A stretch of DNA of 64,000 nt, taken from contig ONAB01000005.1 of assembly GCA_900315705.1 (NCBI GenBank), positions 48,510 to 112,509 on the forward strand, read 5' to 3'. The stretch comes from an uncultured Bacteroidales bacterium (GTDB lineage: Bacteria; Bacteroidota; Bacteroidia; Bacteroidales; WCHB1-69). The notes beneath the pieces are model-generated. The model was not told the origin of the DNA. It did no database searches and saw only the letters and a list, made by a program, of their open reading frames with translations. Position numbers and translations under genes: made by a program. How positions within the stretch are numbered: position 1 is the stretch's first letter; every line of letters begins with the position of its first letter. Of this stretch, positions 49,647 to 57,804 are shown in pieces.

Positions 49647-50708
49647 TCACGCATAATTTTCTTCAATCTCTTTTTCTATCAACTTATACTTCTCTCCCAT
49701 ATCTTCTCCAGTGTAGAATTTAAAGAGATCCTCTTTGGTCAAAGTGCCATCTTTCAGGAATTTGAGGAGATACTTCTCATTAAACTGCACCATCATCATA
49801 CTTTTTTCAAGCATTTTCAAAATATTTTTGTTGTTGGAGATGTTTGTTTCCACCATAGTTTTGATTTTCTGTATTTCGGTTACATCCTTAACAATGCGGG
49901 TAATGATGATAGCCAATAAATCTTTGTCGTAATCAACTTGTTTTGAATGGATGGCAATGTCACGGGCCAACATATAGGCAATGGCCAGATTGGTGTAGTT
50001 GCCCGCCTGCGAATCTATTATTACCACAAAGCCCACCTGCGGTATATACGCCATATTATCAGTCAGATTGATTATGCTGCTGTCTGCCAATGCTTTGTCA
50101 AAAACTATTATACTGCACTTCGATTCACGGTTATAATCGGCCTCGATAAGCTGTCCCCAAGCGGTATCCTGTTTTGTCTTGTTGAAAACCTCATATCCCT
50201 TAATATCTCCCAATTTCACGTTTTTGTTGAATTTGCACTCAATAGCGATAGTCTTATTGTCCGAAGAGTCTATCTTACAAATGATATCTCCTGTTTTATT
50301 GTCACCTTGTGCCTTTTCAGTACCCGAAAGCGAAACTTCGTCCTTTATATTCCTCGATTCCAAATAGGCTTTCAACGCCTCGGCAATATCGTTTTCGGCT
50401 ATCATTCCCTTAACCGCAGTTTTGAAGAACACCTCCTGTTTCATATCGAAAATCTTTTTCAGACTTTCCAGTTCCATTCCCAAATCGCTGGATGTTTTGT
50501 CCAAAAACGAGGACAAACGGTCTTCCATCATTGCGAGGACACCAATATAAAGTGCCCGTAAGAAAGACTTGTCGCGCTCGTCAGCGGGCACCTTCTTGTC
50601 GAAATACTCAAAAACAATTTCGTTGTCGAGTTCAAAAGCATTCACCTTAATACGCTTATTCTGCTGATCAAGGTTTCCAATAATACTTGCTGTTTCCTTT
50701 TTTGCCAT
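49647..50708 (-). CDS. RmuC/DUF2130-like PD-(D/E)xK nuclease-fold protein
   Basis: 353 aa. KG-x3-E (res 100-105), D141 and E157-C-K159 (TGDIICKID...IAIECKF) are in the order seen in RmuC/DUF2130-type nucleases. The C-terminal third is helical. It is AT-rich. Confidence 0.55.
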   Translation of the reverse strand: MAKKETASIIGNLDQQNKRIKVNAFELDNEIVFEYFDKKVPADERDKSFLRALYIGVLAMMEDRLSSFLDKTSSDLGMELESLKKIFDMKQEVFFKTAVKGMIAENDIAEALKAYLESRNIKDEVSLSGTEKAQGDNKTGDIICKIDSSDNKTIAIECKFNKNVKLGDIKGYEVFNKTKQDTAWGQLIEADYNRESKCSIIVFDKALADSSIINLTDNMAYIPQVGFVVIIDSQAGNYTNLAIAYMLARDIAIHSKQVDYDKDLLAIIITRIVKDVTEIQKIKTMVETNISNNKNILKMLEKSMMMVQFNEKYLLKFLKDGTLTKEDLFKFYTGEDMGEKYKLIEKEIEENYA

Positions 50709-50882
50709 AATTATATTATTTATAAAATTTCCATTTAGTCAATTTTTACAACCCCTATCTTGCAAAAGTTCAAAATGATCCTCAGATGCCTTAATCACAC
50801 TATCTATGTTCAAAATTTCAAACTTTTTCACGCCGTTTCTCCAGCCACCGCTAGGCCCGTTAAACAGAGCCCTTTGGCACCG

Positions 50883-50890
50883 CAAAGATA
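50883..50890 (-). promoter_or_regulatory. -7 box (TATCTTTG), candidate promoter of the three-gene operon
   Basis: Perfect TAnnTTTG on the - strand, 174 nt upstream of ATG 50708 and just outside the MITE. Confidence 0.45.
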
Positions 50891-50928
50891 TATTTTTTTT
50901 CACTTTACAAAACTCCCATCATTTTTTT

Positions 50929-51069
50929 CGGAATTATCCCTTTAAGTCTTGCCAAAAAATGGTGTGATAATCTGCGTTAATCTGCGTGGTCTGCGGGACA
51001 ATCATAAGCCCGCCGAACTCGCAGAAATACGCAGACAGGGTATTTACAAGATCCGAGGGGATAATTCAG
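50929..51069. mobile_element. 141-bp MITE-like element derived from the IS1595-family element ends
   Basis: The left end CGGAATTATCCCTTTAAGTCTTG (50929-50951) is 22/23 identical to the IS IRR. The right end (51047-51069) is an inverted, degenerate copy (17/23). The 95-bp core holds three direct TCTGCG and two inverted CGCAGA repeats. Confidence 0.65.
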
Positions 51070-51146
51070 TTCTATTTTTGCAATTTCATATCACAGCCCG
51101 ACAAACAGCAATGCTTCGATGAGATATGATTTTTCAAAGTCTGATA

Positions 51147-51941
51147 TTATTCTCTTCTTATATGAACAAACACACCTTTGTCGCCTGCAGTGCCGTATGC
51201 GCTGATGTTCACTATTTGATAACCATACTTGTCGTATGGCGTGATGGAGCCTCCCGAACGCAGGTTCAACACCAGCTCATTCGGCAGACTGTTAAAGGCT
51301 TCTTCTTCGGAGAAGTATTTTTTGCGAGAAAGGAAATATTCCTTCAAACGTCTGTCAATTTCTTCCGCAGAGACCGTTTTCCAGTCCACACCAGGGAATG
51401 TCTTTTCTGAAATATATTCTTTGACAGTATCCGACTTCACCTCATAATACCAATCCACATAGTGAGTCGGCAAGCCGACAATGCGCTCGTATTTATTGCC
51501 CAACGGCACTTTATTGCAACCTCTGACCTGCAGATAAAAATCTTCCTTGTTTTTTGTATCGATTCTCATTTCCCACTTAAGGTCCTTGACATTAGCCAGT
51601 TCGCGTTTAAGAATCTCTCCCAAGGTCACATCTTTTGACACCAACTCATCTTCATCCACATAACCCGGGACTTTACGCAGATATTCGTGGTAATAGCTGC
51701 ACCCACCATAAAGGCATATTTCCTCGCGACCTTTAAGTTCAGATTCGGAATGTGAACGAATCTCGTTTACAATCTTATTATACTCTTTTGGATCGCTTCG
51801 ATGGCAATCCTGTTTTTTGACAAGGATCTCGATTGCCTCTTCAAACGTGTCGGCGTATGCGATATGTTTATAGATCGTTGAAGTCTCGCTTTCATAGAAA
51901 TCTGCCGTGTACAATTCGTACTTGTGAATTTTATTATCCAT
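51147..51941 (-). CDS. hypothetical protein
   Basis: ATG at 51939-51941 (MDNKIHKYELY...); the longer ORF in the track starts at a TTG. 264 aa, acidic, AT-rich, no motif recognised. Confidence 0.55.
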   Translation of the reverse strand: MDNKIHKYELYTADFYESETSTIYKHIAYADTFEEAIEILVKKQDCHRSDPKEYNKIVNEIRSHSESELKGREEICLYGGCSYYHEYLRKVPGYVDEDELVSKDVTLGEILKRELANVKDLKWEMRIDTKNKEDFYLQVRGCNKVPLGNKYERIVGLPTHYVDWYYEVKSDTVKEYISEKTFPGVDWKTVSAEEIDRRLKEYFLSRKKYFSEEEAFNSLPNELVLNLRSGGSITPYDKYGYQIVNISAYGTAGDKGVFVHIRRE

Positions 51942-52006
51942 AATAATTATTTTTTGTTTTAATATCCTACCCTTTCGTCGCTTTGTTTTTTTATTGCCCT
52001 TCCATT

Positions 52007-52741
52007 TCAATCCATCTCATTGGGGTCAAACACCATCTCGCCCAGGTGGATGGCAAATAATGTCACACCAGCTGAGACTAACTTCGGGAAACTGAAGAAG
52101 CGTCCATTTTCATCCACTTCGACAGTATAGAACTTCCCATTTACTCGTACCATAAACTCGGCACAATCAGGAAATTCTTCCAAAAGCTCGCCTACCGTGA
52201 TGCTGTCCGATTCCTCGTCTTCATCGTAGCACAGGCAGAGTTTTCCATAGTCATACCACAGACAATTCGCACGATACACTCTCAACACATTACCGTGCCA
52301 CAATTGGGGCACCACCTTGAAATCGAGGAATCCTTTCTTATCAACTTTTTTCAATTCGGCCTCAATCTGTTGCGTGGTGAGGAGTCGCACATCACGGTCC
52401 ATCATAAACTGGCAAAAATCCTCCTCCTCGTCGTACTTGAAGATGGCGCCGTTTTTGTATGGCTCGAAGTTCAGCATTTCCCAACCTTCTTGTATCACCA
52501 CTCCGAGTGATGCGTCCAGCAAGCGAAACATCGCCAGGAGGTCTTCCGCCGTGGCCGCGCGCTTCTTCTTGCCGGTGGTTTCCAATATGGCAATGTCCTT
52601 GCGCAGTTTGATGCCTTCCACGTACATATCTTCGCCATCGTAACAGTACTCCAGGAAAATGCCCGGCTTCTTCTCAACAATCTGTTCCAGGTCTTTCACG
52701 ATCTGCCCGACCGTCGCATTCGGTTTTTGCAAAATAGTCAT
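52007..52741 (-). CDS. hypothetical protein
   Basis: 244 aa, acidic and W/F/Y-rich, with no motif recognised. It is preceded by a 95-nt leader containing an 8-bp stem (GGAGCCTC 52755-52762 / GAGGCTCC 52800-52807). Confidence 0.55.
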   Translation of the reverse strand: MTILQKPNATVGQIVKDLEQIVEKKPGIFLEYCYDGEDMYVEGIKLRKDIAILETTGKKKRAATAEDLLAMFRLLDASLGVVIQEGWEMLNFEPYKNGAIFKYDEEEDFCQFMMDRDVRLLTTQQIEAELKKVDKKGFLDFKVVPQLWHGNVLRVYRANCLWYDYGKLCLCYDEDEESDSITVGELLEEFPDCAEFMVRVNGKFYTVEVDENGRFFSFPKLVSAGVTLFAIHLGEMVFDPNEMD

Positions 52742-52836
52742 CTTTTCTCTATCGGGAGCCTCTGTTTTTACTCTTCCTCGTCACATCTTCAGACCCTGCG
52801 AGGCTCCATAAGACAGCATCGGAAGATATGACGATG

Positions 52837-52844
52837 CAAAAATA
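52837..52844 (-). promoter_or_regulatory. -7 box (TATTTTTG) for the 52741->51147 operon
   Basis: TATTTTTGCATCGT on the - strand, preceded by GCTACTCGCAAAAA (52871-52881 core). Confidence 0.6.
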
Positions 52845-52952
52845 CAATTAATGTGGGTCTAGCTATATTTTTGCGAGTAGCAAACCAGAGAGCTCCCCTA
52901 GCGCATTGAACATCTACACTATAATAACACAGCAAATTCAGCGCCCGACAGG

Positions 52953-54131
52953 TCAGAACCGCCTGTAGCTGTACCGGCCGAGGTCGAAATCATCAATGTC
53001 AAGATTGATGCCGTAGCGTGGGTTGCCGTAACGGTCTTTGCCCATTATCTGAACGCTATAGCACTTGCCATACTTGTCTTTAATGGTATCCGTGTCAAAT
53101 TCCGTGTTGAAAAATTTACGGATGGAAGAGAGCGCATTATCGAAATCATTGTACGACGGATCCCACCAGGATTCAATATTTTTAACCTTAGCCGAATATT
53201 TGTGGCCGATTCTCTGATAGATTTCCAGGAGTTCTTCTTTGTAACTCTCCAATTCCTGTTTCGAAATGTATATGGGGTCTGTGTGGTCCATCTTCGCGCG
53301 CTCTATCTGTCGCAAGAAGAACACATACAAGGCTTTGGCCACGCCGCGGCGTCCGAAGACCACCTCGTGACGCACGTTTTCTGAAAGGATAACGTAAATT
53401 TTCTCGTCTTCAACCTTCAGTTTGAAAGGGGTGGCCACCTTGCATTCGTCTTTTTGCCTTTGCATTTCACTCTCCAGCGCGCTGTAAATGTCGTTGGCAT
53501 TTGTCTGCGCGGTAATGCTGTTGTTGAGAGCCGCAAGGTGCTGTTGCAGTTTCCGGACGATTTCCTTGGGATCCGGGGGCACAGTCATAAATGCTATCTC
53601 TCCCCAACCGGAGTATTGCTGCGGGCGACCGTACTCCTTCTTGGCCATTATAAAGTTGTAATAGGAGGTGCCGGCCATACGATAGAAGTTCTCATTCGCC
53701 ACGTCGCGGGCAAACAGTTGGGCGGTCTCCAGTGCCTCTTCGGGACTTGTCTTGCCAAAATCCTCGGCGATGCAGACGGCGCGGTCCTCCACGCGCACAT
53801 CGCCAGAGAATCTGGGCAGGCAGCGGGCAGTGAGGGTGCCGCCGGTGTCGGCCTGGAGGCACTCGCGCAGCGCGTCGATGGTGCCGTCCACCAGCTCGGG
53901 GGCGAAGAGGCCGGCGAAGCGTGCGCGGAGACGGTCAGCGGCCAGCTCCTCGCGGGTGAGGCACAGCAGCTTGAACGGGAAGGGCTGCACCTCGGCGTTC
54001 TCAAACAAGGGCCGATGCGATTGCTCGATCTGCCGCATAGCCTGGTTCAGGGGTTCATTATCAGGGCTATCGACGAAATATACGGTGTCGAAAGCGAGGG
54101 GGACGAGAAATGAGAGAGATGTAGGGGACAT
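52953..54131 (-). CDS. hypothetical protein with conserved C-terminal KYGKCYS...DRYGNPRYGI module
   Basis: 392-aa ORF. The C-terminal 50 aa are homologous to the frame-B part of the 40703-41196 pseudogene, and a 29-nt core is 28/29 identical at DNA level. Confidence 0.6.
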   Translation of the reverse strand: MSPTSLSFLVPLAFDTVYFVDSPDNEPLNQAMRQIEQSHRPLFENAEVQPFPFKLLCLTREELAADRLRARFAGLFAPELVDGTIDALRECLQADTGGTLTARCLPRFSGDVRVEDRAVCIAEDFGKTSPEEALETAQLFARDVANENFYRMAGTSYYNFIMAKKEYGRPQQYSGWGEIAFMTVPPDPKEIVRKLQQHLAALNNSITAQTNANDIYSALESEMQRQKDECKVATPFKLKVEDEKIYVILSENVRHEVVFGRRGVAKALYVFFLRQIERAKMDHTDPIYISKQELESYKEELLEIYQRIGHKYSAKVKNIESWWDPSYNDFDNALSSIRKFFNTEFDTDTIKDKYGKCYSVQIMGKDRYGNPRYGINLDIDDFDLGRYSYRRF

Positions 54132-54166
54132 AGAATTGAGATTTGAGAATTAAGAATTGAGTACTA
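54132..54166. repeat. tandem heptamer array (AGAATTG family, 5 units)
   Basis: AGAATTG AGATTTG AGAATTA AGAATTG AGTACTA. It starts at the nucleotide next to the start codon (54129-54131) of the 392-aa gene. Confidence 0.9.
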
Positions 54167-54221
54167 TATGTTACTATATTTTAATACGTTTTTTCGATAG
54201 GGCTTCGGATGTAAGGCGCGG

Positions 54222-54229
54222 CAAAGTTA
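54222..54229 (-). promoter_or_regulatory. -7 box (TAACTTTG) for the 392-aa gene
   Basis: It lies 90 nt upstream of the ATG and back-to-back with the + strand box at 54243-54250. Confidence 0.55.
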
Positions 54230-54242
54230 CACAATATTTTTG

Positions 54243-54250
54243 TATTTTTG
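54243..54250 (+). promoter_or_regulatory. -7 box (TATTTTTG) for the L,D-transpeptidase gene
   Basis: It lies 24 nt upstream of ATG 54275. Confidence 0.65.
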
Positions 54251-54274
54251 CGGCCCAACGCTACCATACTTTTT

Positions 54275-56110
54275 ATGAAACGTTTGTCCAACATCCTGCT
54301 GCTGCTCTTCGCCATCCTGCTCGGCTCTTCCTGCCACAACAAGTCCATCGGCACGGAGCGGCCGCCCCATTGGTTCGCACACTACTCCGCCTTCCACGCC
54401 AAGCCCTACGCCGAGCATTTCGCCAAGAGGATTGACGCGCTGGCCGACACCTGCGGTCCCTACGCCGACGCGCTGCAGCACTACTACCAGACCCACAGCT
54501 GCGAACCCTTCTGGACCGCCCGCGGCATCCAGGAGGCACGCATCGACAGCCTGTTCCTCTACCTGCAGCACTCCTACGAGCACGGCATCCCCGACACGTT
54601 CCTCCTCTACCCTGCCCTGCAGCAGACTATGGAACGGCTCAAGAACCATTCCGTCGCCAACGACAGCACCCTGCTCGACACGCTCTTCCAACTGGAACTG
54701 AAGATGTCGGAGGCCTACCTGCGCTACGTCAGCGCCCTGCGCTACGGGGCCACCGACCCGGTCAAGGCCAACGGCGGCAAATGGCTGATGAGCAACCTCT
54801 CACCCGACGCCAAGTTCCACAACGAGACGCTGGAGCGCCTCGACCAGTTTCCCACCGTCATTCGCGAGAGCCAGCCTAACCATCCCGAATATCTGCGTCT
54901 CCAGAAAGAGCTGCTCCGCCTTTATCCCCTGAAAGACACACTCTTGAAGACCATCCCGGACCAGATGGTGCGCAAAGGACAGCGCAACGCCCTGCTCACT
55001 GACGTCTGCCGGCGGCTGATGCTCACTGGCGAGTTGCCCGCCAACTTTGCCGTCACCGACCGCCTCACCGACTCGCTGCTGGCAGGCATCAACCTCTTCC
55101 GCCGCCACAACGCCATTCCCGAGTGCGACAGTCTGGGCAGCGAGACCATCCGCAAACTCAACCGGCCCATCCGCTATTACCTCGACAAGCTCGCGGTCAA
55201 TATGGAGCGCCTGCGCTGGCACGTCACCCCGGAGAAGGGCGACACCTACATCGCCGTCAACATCCCAGACTTCACGCTGCAGACCTTCGTGGCCGACACG
55301 CTGGCGTTCAGGACGCGCATCTGCTGCGGCCGCACCCAGAACCCCGCCAACGCCCCCGGACGCGTGCGCCACGGGCTGGTCAAGGCCTACAAGGCCGAGT
55401 CGCCGCTGCTCTACAGCCGCATCCACCGACTGGTGCTTAACCCCGAGTGGAACATCCCCTACGACATCATCAAGAACGAATACTACCACAAACTCTGCAA
55501 AAACAACACCGCTTGCATCAACCGCGAGCGGCTCTACATCAAGGACGCCCGCACCGGCCAGTACGTGAAGCCCGACTCCATCGACTGGAACAAGGTGAAC
55601 CGCGGCAACATCCCCTACCGCCTGCGCCAGACCTCCGGACGACATAACGCCCTCGGACTGGTGAAGTTCGACTTCCCCAACAACGAGTCCGTCTATCTGC
55701 ACGACACCAACAACAAGGGCGCCTTCAAGCGCCGCGTGCGCGCCCTGAGCCACGGCTGCATCCGCGTGGAGAACCCGATGGACCTCGCCGCCGTCCTCTA
55801 CGAGATCAACGGCTTCGACGAGAAACGGCTGGAGGAGATCAGCATCATCCTCGGCCACGATCCCACCACCGAAGACGGCGAGAAGTATCTAGAGAAGAAA
55901 CAAGAGAAGGAGGAGGAATACTACGAAAGCCTCTCCGACTATGACAAGCAATTCTACCGCGCACTGCGCCCCACCTCCATCGAACTGAAGAAAAAGATGC
56001 CCCTCTATATCGAGTATTTCACCTGTTTCACCGACGACAACGGCGACGTGCAATACCGCGAGGACGTCTATTACAAGGATGGGAACATTTTGGTGCTGAT
56101 GAAAAAATAG
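54275..56110 (+). CDS. L,D-transpeptidase (YkuD/YcbB-like)
   Basis: Start at ATG 54275 gives a lipoprotein-type signal (LLLLFAILLGSSC). The catalytic motif is LSHGCIRVENP. Confidence 0.85.
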   Translation: MKRLSNILLLLFAILLGSSCHNKSIGTERPPHWFAHYSAFHAKPYAEHFAKRIDALADTCGPYADALQHYYQTHSCEPFWTARGIQEARIDSLFLYLQHSYEHGIPDTFLLYPALQQTMERLKNHSVANDSTLLDTLFQLELKMSEAYLRYVSALRYGATDPVKANGGKWLMSNLSPDAKFHNETLERLDQFPTVIRESQPNHPEYLRLQKELLRLYPLKDTLLKTIPDQMVRKGQRNALLTDVCRRLMLTGELPANFAVTDRLTDSLLAGINLFRRHNAIPECDSLGSETIRKLNRPIRYYLDKLAVNMERLRWHVTPEKGDTYIAVNIPDFTLQTFVADTLAFRTRICCGRTQNPANAPGRVRHGLVKAYKAESPLLYSRIHRLVLNPEWNIPYDIIKNEYYHKLCKNNTACINRERLYIKDARTGQYVKPDSIDWNKVNRGNIPYRLRQTSGRHNALGLVKFDFPNNESVYLHDTNNKGAFKRRVRALSHGCIRVENPMDLAAVLYEINGFDEKRLEEISIILGHDPTTEDGEKYLEKKQEKEEEYYESLSDYDKQFYRALRPTSIELKKKMPLYIEYFTCFTDDNGDVQYREDVYYKDGNILVLMKK

Positions 56111-56119
56111 GTGGAGAAA

Positions 56120-57739
56120 ATGAAAAACAACCGATATAACTTAACGATTCTGGCGGCTTTGCTGCTGTGGGCGGGAGTGCTCCACGCGCAGGGCATCATT
56201 GCCCACCGAGGATTCTGGAAGGCCGACGGCGCCGTGCAAAACGGACTGGTCGCCCTCCAGGCGGCCCGTGACGCGAGCGGTTGCCGGGGCGTGGAGTGCG
56301 ACGCGCGGCTCACCGCCGACAGCGTGCTCGTCATCGTCCACGACCGTGACCTCGACGGCAAACACATCGACGCAATGCACTACCACGAAGTGGCCCGCTA
56401 CCGCAACATCAACGGGGAGACAATCCCGACGGCAGAGGCCTATATGCAAAAGGCAACCCTGCTGTGCGACAACACCTTCAAACTCTTCTTTGAGATAAAA
56501 CCCGCCCAATCCCAGTCGCAGCGGGGCACTTACGTGAACCAATGCGTGGAGCTCGTGCGGCGCCACCAGATGGCCGACAGAACAGAGTTCATCTCCTTCG
56601 ACCTGGAGATGTGCAAGATGCTGGCCGCACGCTGCCCCGACATACCCGTAGCCTACCTCGGCGGCAACCGCACGCCCGAGGAACTGCACGCCCTCGGCAT
56701 CGACGGCATCGACTACCACTACAGCATCCTGCTGCGCCATCCGGAATGGATACAGCAGGCGCACACCTTGGGGATGAGCGTAAATGCCTGGACAGTGGAC
56801 GACAAGGCCGACGCCCAGAAGTTATCGAAACTTGGAGTCGATTGGATTACCACCAACGAGCCGGTGCGGATGGGCGCCTGGCTGCGGAACGAGCCCATTT
56901 ACCGTTTCATATCCTTCAACATCCGCCAAAGCGGCTTCCCCGAGTATGACGGCGAACACGCCTGGCCCAACCGCAAGGAGACTGTGGTGAAGATGATCCG
57001 CGACGAGGCGCCCGACGCCTTCGGCGTGCAGGAGATGCTGCCCGAACAGCGCGACTACCTGCGCCAGCAGCTGCCCGAGTACGGAATGGTGGGCGTGGGC
57101 CGTGACGACGGACACGATGAAGGCGAAAATATGGCCATTTTCTATCTAAAGAAACGCTTTAGAATACTAAAGGAACGTACATTCTGGCTGAGCGAAACGC
57201 CAGATTCTGTTTCCTTCGGTTGGGATGCCGCCTGCCGTCGCACCGTCACCGAAGCCCTGCTCCAGGACAAGCGCACCAAGAGTGTCATCGACTACTTCAA
57301 CACCCATCTTGACCACGTGGGGAAAGTGGCGCGCCGCGAGTCGGTGCTGCTGCTGGTGCGGCAGATGGAAGAGGCCTCGAAAGAGAGCGTGCCCGTGCTG
57401 CTCAGCGGCGATATGAACTCCTCGCTGGCCGACACCATCTTCACGCCCCTGTTCCAGGCAGGGTTTCTCCCACTCCGTTGGCGCACCCCGCAGACGGACG
57501 AGGAGGACTCCTTCAACGGTTACGGAATCGTGAGCAACGCCTTCGCCAACAACACCGGAGCCAACGTCATCGACCACTTTTTCGCCAAGAACCTGTTTGC
57601 CATACAGTTCAAAACCTTGGTTGGATATTACGGGGTGCCCTACATTTCCGACCACTATCCCATTGTCGTGGAGTTTTCTGTTCCCGCAGGAAAGAAAGGG
57701 GAACTTCCTCATAAAGAATCATCTACAAAAAAGAATTAA
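56120..57739 (+). CDS. glycerophosphodiester phosphodiesterase fused to an endonuclease/exonuclease/phosphatase (EEP) domain
   Basis: ATG at 56120 with a signal peptide. The GDPD N-terminal half has IAHRGF...ECDARLTADSVLVIVHD. The EEP C-terminal half ends ...ISDHYPIVVEF. Confidence 0.8.
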   Translation: MKNNRYNLTILAALLLWAGVLHAQGIIAHRGFWKADGAVQNGLVALQAARDASGCRGVECDARLTADSVLVIVHDRDLDGKHIDAMHYHEVARYRNINGETIPTAEAYMQKATLLCDNTFKLFFEIKPAQSQSQRGTYVNQCVELVRRHQMADRTEFISFDLEMCKMLAARCPDIPVAYLGGNRTPEELHALGIDGIDYHYSILLRHPEWIQQAHTLGMSVNAWTVDDKADAQKLSKLGVDWITTNEPVRMGAWLRNEPIYRFISFNIRQSGFPEYDGEHAWPNRKETVVKMIRDEAPDAFGVQEMLPEQRDYLRQQLPEYGMVGVGRDDGHDEGENMAIFYLKKRFRILKERTFWLSETPDSVSFGWDAACRRTVTEALLQDKRTKSVIDYFNTHLDHVGKVARRESVLLLVRQMEEASKESVPVLLSGDMNSSLADTIFTPLFQAGFLPLRWRTPQTDEEDSFNGYGIVSNAFANNTGANVIDHFFAKNLFAIQFKTLVGYYGVPYISDHYPIVVEFSVPAGKKGELPHKESSTKKN

Positions 57740-57804
57740 AAATATACATCCTTCTTGCAATAATACGCCCGAATCATCGTTTGGCAATTTGTAAACCTTA
57801 ATGT

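Noticed and set aside
40281-50951. A 30-bp inverted repeat (29/30) at 40281-40310 and 50922-50951, first read as the boundaries of a 10.6-kb invertible or transposable segment.
   Set aside because: The two copies are better explained as the right end of the IS1595-family element and the left end of a separate MITE. Each has its own partner repeat (36863-36885 and 51047-51069). Part of the 30-bp match is an A/T-run target sequence.
51126-51410. A + strand 94-aa ORF downstream of the TATTTTTG box at 51073-51080.
   Set aside because: It lies entirely antisense to the better-supported 264-aa gene, and its translation is low-complexity with no recognisable features. The promoter box is kept only as a possible antisense start.
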